The notes under the pieces are model-generated. The model worked only from the letters and a program-made list of their open reading frames with translations. It had not been told where the DNA came from and ran no database searches. Below, piece by piece: positions 16,232 to 31,892 of a stretch of DNA of 64,000 bases. The stretch lies in the NCBI RefSeq assembly GCF_009914755.1, contig NC_060930.1; one strand, 5' to 3'. Each line of letters begins with the position of its first letter. Within the stretch, counting starts at the first letter, position 1. Made by a program: the position numbers and the translations under genes. The DNA comes from the human T2T-CHM13v2.0 reference genome, Homo sapiens.

Positions 16232-17457
16232 GACAGGTGGAGAGGCCAGGTTGGCTAAAGCTTTGGCCTCCAGCTTTGGAAAATGGCATTGGGGGAAGGA
16301 TGGAGGGGTTGAGAAAATGAAAAACTGTGAGACCTGGAAGTTGATTTGAGACTCATATATTTAAAGCAAAATTGGTTAAAAATTTAAGGGGTTTCTTGGG
16401 TATCACTCAAAGTATTGAAGATGACCCATCTTTGGATACCCAGCTTCTCTTAACATTGCTCACTAGAAGCTCATTTTAGACCCTGATTCTATCTTTTTCC
16501 TACAGTCATCATAACAAATCTTTTGTTTATTCATGTTGTGTTATTTTTAGCATTTTTAACAGATGTGGTTTGTTCTTACCCTAATCTAAATGAAGACAGG
16601 TGCCCAGGAAACTATACCAACCCTCTTGAAGTTCAAATGGTTGTAATCCTTTGGAAAGTTACTTTGTGGTGGATTTTCTGTTTACATCTTGAATGCTACA
16701 TCCAGTATCACCACAGCAAAGTCAGAAATCGAGGCTATAACTTGATCTACTGATGGATAAGGCATCTCAAGAGATTTATGTTAATGATACACTCCACTGG
16801 CAACACAATAATTCTCTTCATACTGTGTTGCAGCATTCCTTCCTGGAACCCAGCAGATCAGATTATATCTTGATCTCCTTCTGGCCATCCTGGCCCTGGT
16901 GCTGATCTGTTTTCTGATGTGTCTGCTCATTTACACAGTGAAAATCTGGAAGTTTAATAAAGCTAAGCCATATCCTGATGTACTTGAAGAAGGAAAAATC
17001 TGTACTTAACCCAGCAGTATTACCTCAGAGACTGGATTCAGGACTATTTGAAACCTAGAAGAAGTTGTTGAAAAGCAAGGAGACATAATAGTATATATGA
17101 AGCGACACAATGAAGTGTTGAGTGACTGTTGGCTCTCACTTCCTTGGACCTAGCCTGTTAGCCAAGTAGAATGTGAGAGGCTTACAGTCTTGACAGCAAT
17201 TGCAGAAGAATCCAGAGTAATCTCACAAGCTGCCATAGAGAATTGCAGCTTTTGCTGAATAGCATTTTATAATTTTTGTTGGAAACCTGAATTTGGTTCT
17301 CACCTGTGTGGCTGTATACCATATAGGGTTTGGGGGTAAAGGTACCTTGTAAACACCTTAATAACTTGAGGATAATGTCTGTTGTTTACTTTTTGAAATT
17401 ATTTAACTGCTTGGTCTTAGGATCAAAGGTATAATTTAAACAACAACAACAAAAATC
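16232..17457 (+). pseudogene. Processed pseudogene of TMEM192 (lysosomal membrane protein)
   Basis: ATG at 16283. Translations [62 protein letters not shown] and LLALTSLDLAC*PSRM* (stop 17174-17176) match recalled human TMEM192. No introns, frameshifts and CGA>TGA stops, A-rich tail ~17438-17455, TSD CAATATTGATTCT (16219-16231) / CAATATTGAATCT (17458-17470). Confidence 0.93.
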
Positions 17458-19802
17458 CAATATTGAATCTTTCAATCCATGAACATGGAATATATTTCCG
17501 TTTTTTTGTGCGTCTTTTTCAGTTTCTCGCATCAATGTTCTATTCACTGTGGAGATCTTCCATTTCTTTTCAAGTTTATTTATCTCATTGTATTTGTAGC
17601 TGTCGTAATGGGATTACTTTCTTGATTGCTTTTTCTCATTGTTTGCTCTTGATGTAGAAATGCTACTGATTTTTGTATATTGATTGTGTATCCTGCAACC
17701 TTACTGAATTTGTTTATTCTAGTAGTTTTTTGGTAGGGTCTTTAGTTTTTTCTAAATATAAGATCATATTACCTACAGACAAGGATACTTTGACTTTTTC
17801 CTTTCCAAATTGGATGCCCTTTCTTTCTCTTGTCTGATTGCTCTAGCTAGACATTGTTTGACTATTATGCTGAATAACAGTAGTGACAGTGGGCATCCTT
17901 GTCTTGTTCCAGGTCTTTGAGGAAAGGCTTTCAGTTTTTCCCCATTCAGTATGATACTAGCTAGGGGTGTGTCATATATGGCTTTTATTGTGTTGAGGTA
18001 TGTTCCTTCCATACCCAATTTTTTTTGGGTTTCTATCATAAAGGGATGTTGAATTTTATCAGAATCTTTTTCAGTATCAGTTGAAATGATTATTTGGTTT
18101 TTGTCCTTCATTCAATGTTGATATGATGTATCACATTGGTTAATTTGCATATGTTGAACTATCATTGCATCCTTGGGATAAATCCCACTTGGTCATGATG
18201 AATGAACTTTTTAATATGTTGTTTAATTTGATTTGCTAGTATTTTGTTGAGGATTTTTGCGCCAGTGTTCATCAGGATATTGGCTTCCTTTTCTTTGATG
18301 TGTCTGTCTGGTTTTGGTATCAGGGTGATACTAGCCTTGTAGAATGAGTTTGGAAGTATTCCCTCCTCCTCTATTTGTCCGAATAGTTTGAGTAGGATTG
18401 GTATTAGTTCTTCTTTAAATGTTTGATAGAATTCAGCAGTGAAGCCATTGGGTCCTGGACTTTTCTTTGCTGGGATACTTTGTATTACAGCTTCAATCTC
18501 ATTTCTTGTTATTGGTCTATTTAGATTTTGGATTTCTTTGTGGTTTAATTTTGGTAGATTGTATGTGTCTAGGAAATTATCCATTTCGTCTAGCTTTTCC
18601 AATTTATTGGCATATAGTTTCTCATAGTAGCCTCTAATGATGGTTTGAATTTCTGCAGTATTGGTTGTAATGTCTCCTTTTTCATCTCTGATTTTATTTA
18701 TTTGTGTCTTCTTTCTTCGTCTGGCTTATCTTTTGCTTATCTTTTCAAAAAAAACAGCATTTTGTTTCATTGATCTTTTGTATTATTTCAATTTCATTTA
18801 TTTCTACTCTGATATTTATTATTTCTTTTCTTCTAATTTTGGGCTTGGTTTGCCTTTGCTTTGCTAGTGTTTAAAGCTACATCATTATGTTGCTTATTTG
18901 AAGTCTTCTGCTTTTTTAGTGTAAGTGCTTATTGCTATAAACTTTCCTCTTAGTACTGCTTTTGTCTTATCCTACAGGTTTTGGTATGTTGTGTTTTTAT
19001 TTTTATTTGTTTCAAGACATTTAAAATTTCCTTTTAAATTTCTTCATTGACGCCTTGGCCTTTCAGGAGAATACTATTTAATTTCCATATATTTGTATAG
19101 TATCCATAGTTCTTCCTGTTATTGATTGCTAGTTTTATTCCATCATGGTCAGAGAAGATATTTGATGTGAATTCAAATTTTTTGAATTTTAAGAGTTGTT
19201 TTGTGGCCCAGCATATAGTCTATCCTTGAAAATGATCCATGTGCTGAGGAGAAGAATGTGTATTCTGCAGCTGTTGGATGAAATGTTTTGCAGATATCTG
19301 TTAGGTCCGTTTTGGTCTATAGTTCAGATTAAGTCCAATGTTTCTTTGTTAATTTTCTGTCTGGATGATCTAATGCTGAAAGTGGGGTGTTGAAATCTCC
19401 AGCTATTAACTTGGGTTATATCTTTGTCTTTAGCTCTAATAATATTTGCTTTATATATTTGGGTTTTACAGTGTTGGGTGCATATATATTTACAATTGTT
19501 ATATCATCTTGCTGAGTTGACCCCTTTATCATTATAAAATGACCTTTATCTCTGTAGTTTTTCTCTTGAAATCTATTTTGTCCAATATAAGCTACTCCTG
19601 CTCTTTTTTGATTTCTATTTGCATGCAGTATCTTCTTCCATCCCTTTATTTTCAGTCTTTGTGTGTTATTACAGGTGAAGTGTGTTTCTTGTAGGTAACA
19701 GTTCATTGGATGTTGCTTTTTTATCCATTTAGCCACTCTTTGTCTTTTGATTGGAGAGTTTAATTCATTTATATTCCATGTTATTGATATGTAAGGACTT
19801 AA

Positions 19803-20156
<354 letters not shown>

Positions 20157-22521
20157 GCTTCTTGTCTTTTTGTGAAGATGATTTTCTCTGGTGGTATGTT
20201 TTAATTCATTGCTTTTTATTTTTTATGTATCTTGTGTAGGGTTTTTTGACTTGATGTTACCATGAGGCTTGCAAATAACGTAATCCATTATTTTAAACTG
20301 ATGACAACTTAATTGCCAAAACAAACAAGCAAAGAGAAAACTAATAAAACCTCTACACTTTAACTTCATCCCCCACACTTCTTAACTTTTGGTTATTTCT
20401 ATCTTATTGTATTGTGTCTTGAAAAGATGTAGTTATTTTCTGATGGGTTCATCTCTTGGCCTTTCTACTCAAGATATGAACAGTTTATACACCACAATTA
20501 CAATGCTACAATATTCTGCGTTTTTTTGTGTGCTTACTATTACCAGTGAGCTTTTTACCTTAAGATGATTTCTTATTGCTCGTTAACATCATTTTCTTTC
20601 AGATTGAAGAACTTCCTTCAGCATTTCTTATAGGACATGTCTGGTGTTGATGAAATCCCTTAGCTTTTGTTTGTCTGGCAATGTCTTTATTTCTCCTTCA
20701 CTTGAAGGATATTTTCACTTGATATGCTATTCTAGGATAAAAGTTTTTTCCTTCAGCACTTAAAATATGTCATATCACTTTCTCCTGGCCTGTAAGGTTT
20801 CCACTGAGACATATGCTGCCAGATGTGTTAGAGCTCCTTTGTATGTTACTTGTTTCTTTTCTCTTGCTTCTTTTAGGATCCTTTATCTTTGACATTTAGG
20901 AATTTGGTAATTAAATGTCTCGAGGTAGTATTATTTCGGTTAAATCTGTAACCTCTCTGTGCTTTTGAATTGTGATATTGTTGTCTAGGTTTGGAAAATT
21001 CTCTGTTATTATCCCTTTGAATCAGCCTTCTACCCCATCTCTCTCTACCTCCTTGTTAGGTTAATGACTATTAGATTTGCCATTTTAGGACTGTTTTCTA
21101 GATTTCGTAGGCATGCTTCATTCTTTTTTATCATTTTATTCTTTTGTCTCTTCTGACTGTATTTTGAAATAGCCTGCTTCAAGCTTACGAATTATTTCTT
21201 CTGCTTGATCAATTCTGCTGTTGAGAGACTCTGACGCATTCTTCAGTATGTCAGTTGAATTTTTCAGGTTCAGAATTTCTGCTTGATTTTTAGTTATTTC
21301 AATCTCTTTGTTAAATTTATCCGATAGAATTCTGAATTCCTTTTCAGTGTTATCTTGAATTTTGTTGAGCTTCGTCAAAACAGCTGTTTAGAATTCTCTG
21401 CCTGAAAGGTCACATATCTCTGTCACTCTGGGATTGATCATTTGTGCCTTATTTAGTTCATTTGGGGAGGTCATGTTTTCTTGGATGGTCTTGATGCTTG
21501 TGGATGTTTGTTGATGTCTGGGCATTGAAGAGTTAGGTATTTATTGTGGTCTTTTCTGTCTAGGCTTGTTTGTCCTCATCCTTCTTGGGAAGGCTGTCCA
21601 AGTATGCAAAGGAATTGAGTGTCCTGATCTAAGTCTTTGCTTATTGCAGCTGCATCTGCATTAGTGGGGACCCAGACCCAGTAACACTGACTCTTGCAGA
21701 CCGGTAGAGGTACTGCTTTGGTGGTCTTAGGTGAGATCTGAGAGAATTCCCTGGATTACCAGGCAGAGACTCTTGTTTTCTTCCCTTACTTTCCTGCAAA
21801 CAAATGGAGTCTCTCTCTCTGTGCAGAGCTTCCTGCGGCTGAGGGAGGGATGAAACAAGTACCCATGTGACCACCACCACTGGGACTGCGCTGGATTAGA
21901 CCTGAAACCAGCATAGCACTGAGTCTTACCCGGGACCTGTGGCGACCACTGCCTGGCTACCACTGATGTTCTCTCAAGGCCCAAGAGCTCTTCAGTCAGC
22001 AGGTAGTGAATCCGGCCTGGCTTGTATCCTCCCTTCAGGACAGCGAGCTCTCCACTGGCCCAAGGTGGGTCCAGAAATGCCTGAGAACCAGGGCTTGGAG
22101 TCAGGAAGCTTAGGATTCCACTTAATGCACTGTTCTGCTGTGGCTGAGTTGGCATCCAAGCTGCAAGACAAAGTTCTTAACATTCTTCCCTCTCCTTTCT
22201 TCAAGTGGTAGTCTTTCCTCATGACCACCACTGCCCAAGGCCTGTGGTGAGTACTGCCTCGCCACTGCTGATGTTAACGTAAGGTCCGAGGGCTCTTCAG
22301 TGAGTTTGTAGTAAATGTTGCCAGGCCTGGGTCTCTCCCTTCAAGGCAGTGGGCTCCTCTTTGGCCCAGGGTGGGTCCAGAAATGCCATCCAGGAGCCAA
22401 GGCCTGGAATCTGGGATCCTAGGAGCCTGCTTGGTGCTCCACACCACTGTGACTTAGCTGGCAACCAAACTGTAAGACAAAGTCCCCGTTATTCTTCCCT
22501 TTCCTTTCCTCAAGCAGAAGG

Positions 22522-23221
<700 letters not shown>

Positions 23222-23665
23222 GAAGGAGTCTCTCCCCATAGCCACCACAGCTGTGAACATGGTGGGTCATGCTTGAAGCCTGCATGGCACTGGGTCTTAC
23301 CCAAGGCCTGCAGCAAGTTCTACTTGGCTACTAGCAAGTACCGGCAAGTATTACCTGCTGGTGTTTGTTCAAGACCCAAGGGCTCTTTAGTCAGCAGGTA
23401 ATGGATCCTGCCAGAACTGTGTCCTTCCCTTCAAGGCAGTGGGTTCCCTTCTGGCCCAGGGTGTGTCTAGAATTGTCATCGGGGAGCTAGGTCCTGGAAT
23501 GGGGGCCTCAGGACTCTGCCTGGTGCTCCATTCTCTTGTGGATGAACTGATATCCAAGTTGCAAGGCAAAGTCGTCTTTACCCTCCCCTCTTCTCTCCTC
23601 ACACGGAAGGAAGGAGTCTCTCCTAGAGCTGTGAGCTGTGCCACCTGGGATTGGGGGAGTGGTGA

Positions 23666-23916
<251 letters not shown>

Positions 23917-25092
23917 CTGGTGTCTTACTAGGTCACATGCACCCAAAGTCCACTGGCTGCAAGCCCAGCACAGCACCGGGACTTGCCTAGGGATTGCAGT
24001 CCTTGTGGCCAAGACTGCCTTTCAAGTTTATTTAGGACCCTAGAGTGCTTTAGCATGCACTGGTGGGACTAGCCAGAACTCAGGTTCTCGCTGCTGGGAT
24101 GGATGATTTTCCTCTGGTTAAGGCTGGTATAAAAGTTCCTTCCTTGGGCCCCAGCTGATTTCTGCCCTGTGTCGCTTCCCACCATGATTGGCAGGACAGA
24201 GTTTCAATGCCAAGTCCCACAATCACTGCGTTCTCCCTTCCCCAAGCACACATTCTCTCTCTGTCATACAGCTGCTGTCCAGGGGGTTGAGGAGGGTAGT
24301 GTAGGCAATTCAAAATTGTCTTCCCTAACCTCTTCAGTGCCCCTTTTCTCAATATGATATTAAAACCAGATACTTTGGTTCTTATGAAGGTGATTTCTTG
24401 TGTGGATAATTGTTCAATTTGGTGTTCCTGCAGGGGAGATGATTATTGGTTCTGTTTGTTCATCTTGCTCTGCCTCCTACTTCATTGATTACTTTCCTGA
24501 CCTTTATTTCACCTTTGTTTTCAAAAGATGTTTTAGTATGGCAAAAAGTTCTACGTTGACAGTATTTTACTTTCAGTACTTTTAAGATATTTTGCTGTTT
24601 GTGAGTTTCCGTTGATTTTGTGAGAAATCTGTCATCATTGTATGTTCCTTTGTCCGTAATGCCTTTTCCCCCAGCTTCTTTTAAGATTTTTTTCTGTTTA
24701 TCCTTAGTTTTAATCAGTTTGATTATGAATTGTCTTTTGGTAGCTTTCTTCATGTTTCTTTTTTGGGGGGGGTTCCTTTGAGGTTCTTGGTTCTATGGGT
24801 TTATAAGTTTTCAATGCATTTGGAAAAAATTCTGCAATTATTTTACTTTTTCTGTCACTCCACCTCTTAATTTGGGAATTCCAATTAAAAGTTAATTAGG
24901 TTGCTGAAACTGCTGCAGAGCTCAGTTACATGCTTTTTTTTTGGGGGGGGGTCTGTTTATTTGTTTCATTTTAGATAGTTGCTATTGCTTTGTCTTCACA
25001 TTCTTTTAGCAGTTTTTTCTTCTTGATTGTCTCATCTCTTAATTCTATCCAGTGTAGTTCTTATCCCAGTCATTATAGTTTGCATCTTATAG

Positions 25093-25483
<391 letters not shown>

Positions 25484-25636
25484 CCATGTTCAGTCTTTCT
25501 TATAGCTTCTTGAACATATAGAAGTCAATGATAATGGATTTTGTGCCTTGCGTGCTAATTCAAGTGTAATTTGAGGGTTTGTTTCGATTGATTGACTTTC
25601 CTCCTTTTTATAGATTATGTTTTCCTTTTTTCATGA

Positions 25637-25926
25637 CTTTTTTTTTTGAGACAGAGTCTCGCTCTGTCACCCAGGCTGGAGTTCAGTGACACGATATGGC
25701 TGACTGCAACCTCTGCCTTCTGGGCTCAAGCGATTCTCCTGCTTCAGCCTCCCAAGTAGTTGGGATTACAGATGCCTGCCACCATGCTCAACTAATTTTT
25801 GTATTTTTAGTAGAGACAGGGTTTCACCATGTTGGCCAGGTTGGTCTTGAACTGATCTCAAGTGATCCGCCCACCTCGGCCTCCCAAAGTGGTGGGATTA
25901 CAGGTGTGAGCCACCACGCTCAGCCA
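25637..25926 (-). mobile_element. AluS
   Basis: Full Alu. Confidence 0.93.
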
Positions 25927-27804
25927 GCATTTTTCAATTGAATGCTAGATATGGGAATTTTATCGGTTCCTGATATTTTTGTATTTTTATAAATATTTTT
26001 GACCTTTTTTCTTGGATGCAGTTAAGTTACTTGGAAATAGCCTGACTTTTTCAGATCTTGCTTTTAAGCTTTACTAGGTGAGACTACAGGACTTTATAGA
26101 ATTAATTTTTCCATTAGTGAGGCAAAAATTCTTCGAATACCATATCTGATGATCCATTAATAATAAAGTTTTCAAGTTAGTTTCCTCTAATTGTTTTGGG
26201 TGGGGTTTTCCCTACCTTCTGTAGTTTCCTCACACACGTGCACCAATCAGTACTCAATTAAATATTCAGTGATGACTTTTTGCATGTTTAAGGAGTTTTC
26301 TCTCTGTGCATCTCTCTCCTCTTGTATGCTGCCTTATGAAATTCAGCCACCTTAGTCTCTGTGAACTCCTAGATCCATTTCCTGGAGTTAGGGAGGCCAC
26401 TGGGCTGCCCCTGGATTTATCTTCCCTTTGCCATGGCCTAGACACTTTCCCTGGACAGTAAGCTGAGTTCATTGTAAGGCTCTCACCTAGTTTGTTTTCC
26501 ATCTCTTGATTTCCAGTTTCTTCAGCAATGTGTTATATATTTTGTTTGGATTTAAAGTTGCTTTAGTCGATTGGGCAAATTTCAGCGTCTGTTCCTTCAT
26601 ATTTTGGTTAGAAAACAACTCAATATGGTATTTTAGTAGAAAAAGCCATGAAAAGAAAATTACTTTTAAACCCCTTGTTTCTTTTTATTGAAACTTATAT
26701 TTTTCCTAGGCTCATTGAAGAGAACAGTTACATTTAAGTTTATTTATAACATCTGTCCTCATGTAATTTTTAGAGCTATTAACAAATTACAGGAGAAAAT
26801 GAAAACTATTGATGTTACTAGTACTCTTCTGTTCCAATGAAAGCTTGATACTGCTAAGTGAATGATACAAAACAAGTTAATCCATTACTCCTCCTGATTC
26901 TTTGAAGTCTGAATCAACTTATAGAGGAAATCTCCTGTGATGTGCTGTGCTCTTCATATATAAATTTGATTGTATTTTGCTGACTGCTAATATTACAGAT
27001 TTTTTTTTCAAGTCAAATTAAAATGGTTATATTCTGCAGCAAGTTATTTAAATTGTTCATGTTTCAAATAACGTCTCCTTCCATTTCATAGAATGGTGAA
27101 AACATCTGTTTATGTAATTATAGTTTGCTGTTGTCAAACTGGTACAGAATTTGCCTTAGTCTTTGAGTTTATTCTTCCTGCTAAAATGCAAACAAGGCTA
27201 ATATATTCCACAGTTGTATTTGTTAAAAATCTTGATATAGCAATTTTCATTGTTACTGATATCAAAGACATTAAGTGGGATTAGTCAACCGTATCCATTA
27301 TTTGTGAGCTTGAAAGACAAGAAAGTAGTTGGACTCTGCATCTAATTCAGAGTGTCATTTTAGCCATCAGTTTCTGCTTCTCCTTATATCAAGACTTTTA
27401 AAAAGCAAAAGTTCTAATATATGGAGACATTTATTATTTTAGTTAATTTTTCCACTTCAAGCTGAAAGGGGCTATTAATTGAACAGGCAGGCATCCAAAG
27501 ACAAATATCTAACTTGTTTTTCTCTGTCTTGCTTTCTTGGGATTTGTAGTTCATGATGGCAGACTCTCATCTGTTTTATTTCCCTGAGGATACCCAGTAA
27601 CTAGAAAGTTCTTGGCATATAGTAAGCATTAACCACATTTTTGATGACAGTGAGTCAATGAATGAGTGAATGAACAATTAAGCTTCTGAGTCTTTTCCCT
27701 TCTTCCATATCTCATCCATCTTTCCAGGCCTAGTTCAAAGTTATACTGCATTTATGAAGTGTTTTTTGAATGAAATTTTCTCCAACTATTTCAGTTCATT
27801 ATGA

Positions 27805-28103
<299 letters not shown>

Positions 28104-29259
28104 ATTATGATCTTTTCATTGAACTCTTGGCATTTTCTTGCCAGTTTAAGAGAGAATTTTCTAACAAATATAACTGCACACAGTTGGAGTAGACAGCAAG
28201 AAGGAAACATTCTATTACTTAAAGTGTTTAAGGAGTGGCAGGATGGCCTTGTCAGTAAAAGGGAGGGGAGTGACAGGTATAGCGTTCTTATTGTGCCAGG
28301 TACTTATGTATTTCACGCCCTTTAATTTCAAAGGCCCCAACCCTACAAGGTATAGATCAACTTTGCCTATTTTTTAGTGTGGAAACTGAGGTTTAGAGAG
28401 GCCTATAAAATTTGTCTACAGTTCCATAGCCATAAGCGTCTGATTGATAAAGCAAACCCAAGTTCTTTGTAGAAGAGCTGTTATACTGCCTTTAGTGTGT
28501 AACTACTTCATGAACTCAGAGTCCATTATGATTGTGTAAGGTATGACAGTTTGGCATTTCTACCAAGAAATGAAGGCTTGAATGGGGCAGAATGACAGCA
28601 CTTGGTGGTTAGGAAGAGAAGAAAGTTTTGGATAATGGGATAATTAGAAACACCGAAAGGGAAAGAGAGGTACCAAACTTTATCATTCTGTTCCTATTTT
28701 GGCCTCATGATATGTCAAGGTTTTTGACAACGAAGTTGGTGGATCCTATTTTGATTTTTTTAGAGAAACATTTATTATTGGGGTTTATTGCTCTGGTTTT
28801 TGTTTTATATGATACAAGAGAAACAACAAAATTAAGTCTTACAGTAAAAATAAGTCCTTTCCCCCCAACTATCTTAAAATCTTAAGATAAAAATCTTGAC
28901 TGGTTAAAACCAGTCAACTAACTTCTTGTTTTTAGTGAAGATCGTGTTTGTTAATAATGCATTTTTTGAACTTGTCTTTTTTCATGGTTTCATATGGAAC
29001 AGACATACCTTAGTAAACTGGCATATTATACTTTTATCTGGCTGCTCTCTGGATGATCTGGTAAACCATCATGTTATACAGAGGTTAAAGAGGTAAAGTG
29101 AGTTCATATTTTTGGTTGTTTTATTGGCAGATTTTCTCTCTGCTTTTCTGTACACTTAAAATGTTTGCATAATTAAAAATTTTTAAGAATTGCATAACCC
29201 TATTTGTATTTAATACATGCCTTTAAACAAATGAAAAAATATATTAAACTTTCGTTGTA

Positions 29260-29274
29260 CCACCAGATGGCGCT
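29260..29274 (+). promoter_or_regulatory. Candidate CTCF site
   Basis: CCACCAGATGGCGCT, a near-perfect core consensus with retained CpG in AT-rich sequence. Confidence 0.7.
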
Positions 29275-30146
29275 CTCTATTAATCCAAATTAAGATGCCC
29301 ACACCATTTTCTGAATTATTTTGTGTTATGTGTATTGTTAGATTTTTGGCATGAATGTATGGTCAAATAATAATGGGATCTAGAATTCACGAATAAAAGA
29401 GGAAGTAGAATAAATGAGTTGCTAATGTATAGCCCCAGGATATATCAAATAAGCCAGTGTTTAATATAGTTTCTGGAATTTAATCATTAGTCATTAGAAT
29501 GATGTTAGAATAAAATTTAGGATTAGGAATATAGCTGTTTTGTATTTTGCCACATATGTTTGTCCTTCCTTATTCTGGGTTTTTCTTTGATTTTTATCAA
29601 TAGTTTTTATGTATCAGCTGTTTTTGACATTAATGGTTTCTCTTGTTATATGTTAGTTTTATACTATTAGAGTAACTTTATTCCAATTATGATGTACTGG
29701 AATTTGGATTCATGAGATTTTGTCATATTTTGATCACATAAGCATGGAACATTTGAGCTTGATTTGTTTAACAAAATAAATAAACATCATCTCTGAATAT
29801 ATTCACTTGTGTCCATTCTTTCTCTTTTCATGAATGTGATTTATTATTTCAGTAATAAAGGATGTTAATCTTAAATTGGTAATCCTAAATAAAACTTTTA
29901 TATTATCCTCATTAACTTTTTTTTTAGCTAAAAGGAATGGTAGGCAAAATTGATGTATGTTGAAAGTCAGCCTGAAAGCTATTGAGAGCATGATCTGTTA
30001 ATTAACATAACAGTAAAGGTCTTTTACTGTTGCCTTTGCGAAAAGAAAACTAAACACATATTTTCAAAAGCAAACTATTTTGGCATTTAAAAAAGCTTGA
30101 AAATAGACATCTGAAACCTAATATTGTTAATGTAACACATTTTAAA

Positions 30147-30378
30147 CATTTATTTATTTATTTATATTTATTTTTGAGACAGAGTCTCACTCTGTCACCC
30201 AAGCTGGAGTGCAGTAGTGGGATCTTAGCTCACTGCAACCTCCACCTCCTGTGTTCAAGTGATTCTCCTGCCTCAGCCTCCTGAGTAGCTGGGACTACAG
30301 GCGCATGCCACCACACTAGCTAATTTTCATATTTTTAGTAGAGATGGGGTTTCACTATGTCTACATGTTGGCCAGGCT
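30147..30378 (-). mobile_element. 5'-truncated AluS in the L1 tail
   Basis: (TTTA)n tail and Alu right arm. Confidence 0.9.
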
Positions 30379-31892
30379 TTAAAATTTATTTTTTATTGCA
30401 TGTATTTAAGCTGTACAGCATGACATTTTGATACACATATATAGTGAAATGATTTCTACAGTCAAACAAATCAACATATCCACCACTTTCCATAGTCAAC
30501 ATTTTTGGCATGGTAGGAGTACCTAAAACCTACTCTTTCAGCAAGTTTTCAGTATATTGCAGTGTAGTAACACTGCAGTGTATAACTATAGTCCTTATGC
30601 TGAACATTATATCTCTAGACTTAGCAATCTTACTTAGCTGTAAATTTGTACCCTTTGACCTCCCTCTTCCTGTTTCCTCTCCTTTCCTGCGCCTGGTAAC
30701 CATCATTCTACTCTCTGTTTCTGTTTACTTTTCTCCCTAGATTTCACATATACGTGAGATTATACAATATTTTTCTTTCTATATCTGGCTTATTTTACTA
30801 ACCATAATGTCCCCCAGATTCATCCCTGTTGTCTCAAGTGGTGGGTTCTCCCTTTTTCCCCCAAGGCCGAATTATATTCCATTGTATGTATACACCATAA
30901 TTTCTTTGTTCATTCATCCGTTGATGGACAAACACTTAGGTCATTTCCATCTTAACTATTGGGAAAAAATGCTGCAATGAACATGGGAGTCCAGATATCT
31001 CTATGAAGTGCTGATTTCATTTCCTTTAGGGAAATCAGAGGAATTGCTTGGCCTATGGTAATTTTATTTTTAAATTTTTGAAGAATCTGCATACTCCTTT
31101 CCATAATAGCTGTACCAATTTACATTCATACCTATAGTATATAAGGGTTTCTTTTTCTCTACACCTTTCTAACACTTGTTATCTCTTGTCTTCTTGATAA
31201 TAGCCTTCTTAACAGGTGTGAAGTGATATTACACAGTGGTTTCGATTTGCATTTATCTGATGACTAATGATGTTGAGTACTTTCTGATATATGTATTGGC
31301 TATTTTTATGCCTTCTTTGGAAAAATGTCTATTCAGGTCCTTTGCCCGTTTTTAAGTAAGTGTTTTTTTGGTTTTGTTTTTTGCTAGTAAGTTTTAAAAA
31401 AAATTTAGATATTAATTTCTTAACAGAGAGATGGTTTGCAAATATTTTGCCCCAATCTGTAGGCTGCCTTTTCATTTTGTTGATTGTTTCCTTTGCATTG
31501 CAGAAGCTTTTTAGTTTGATGTAGTCCCACTTGTTTATTTTTGCTTTTGTGGCTTGAGCTTTCGCTGTGATTTCTAGAAAATCAGTCCAGACCAGTATGA
31601 AGGAGCTTTTCCCTATATTTTCTTCTAAGGAGGTTTTTGTGTGTGTGTGTGTGGTATAAGGGTCCAGTTTCATTCTTTTGCATTAGATATTTAGTTTTCC
31701 CAACCCCATTTGTTGAAGAGACTGTACTTCCGCCATTGTGTCTTCTTGGCGGGCTTGTCAGGAATTACTTGACCATATATGCTTGGATTTATTTCTGGCT
31801 TTCTATGCTGTTTCATTAGTCTGTGTCTATTTTCATGCCCATACCATAAACAATATGCCCATATTGTTTTGATTACTATAGCTTTATAATAC

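Noticed and set aside
26690-27300. Acceptor-like sites (TTTTCCTAG ~26709, CCATTTCATAG ~27091) in unique DNA as hidden SMAP1 exons
   Set aside because: No convincing paired donor or recognisable protein; such motifs are common in AT-rich introns. Conservation or RNA-seq would be needed.
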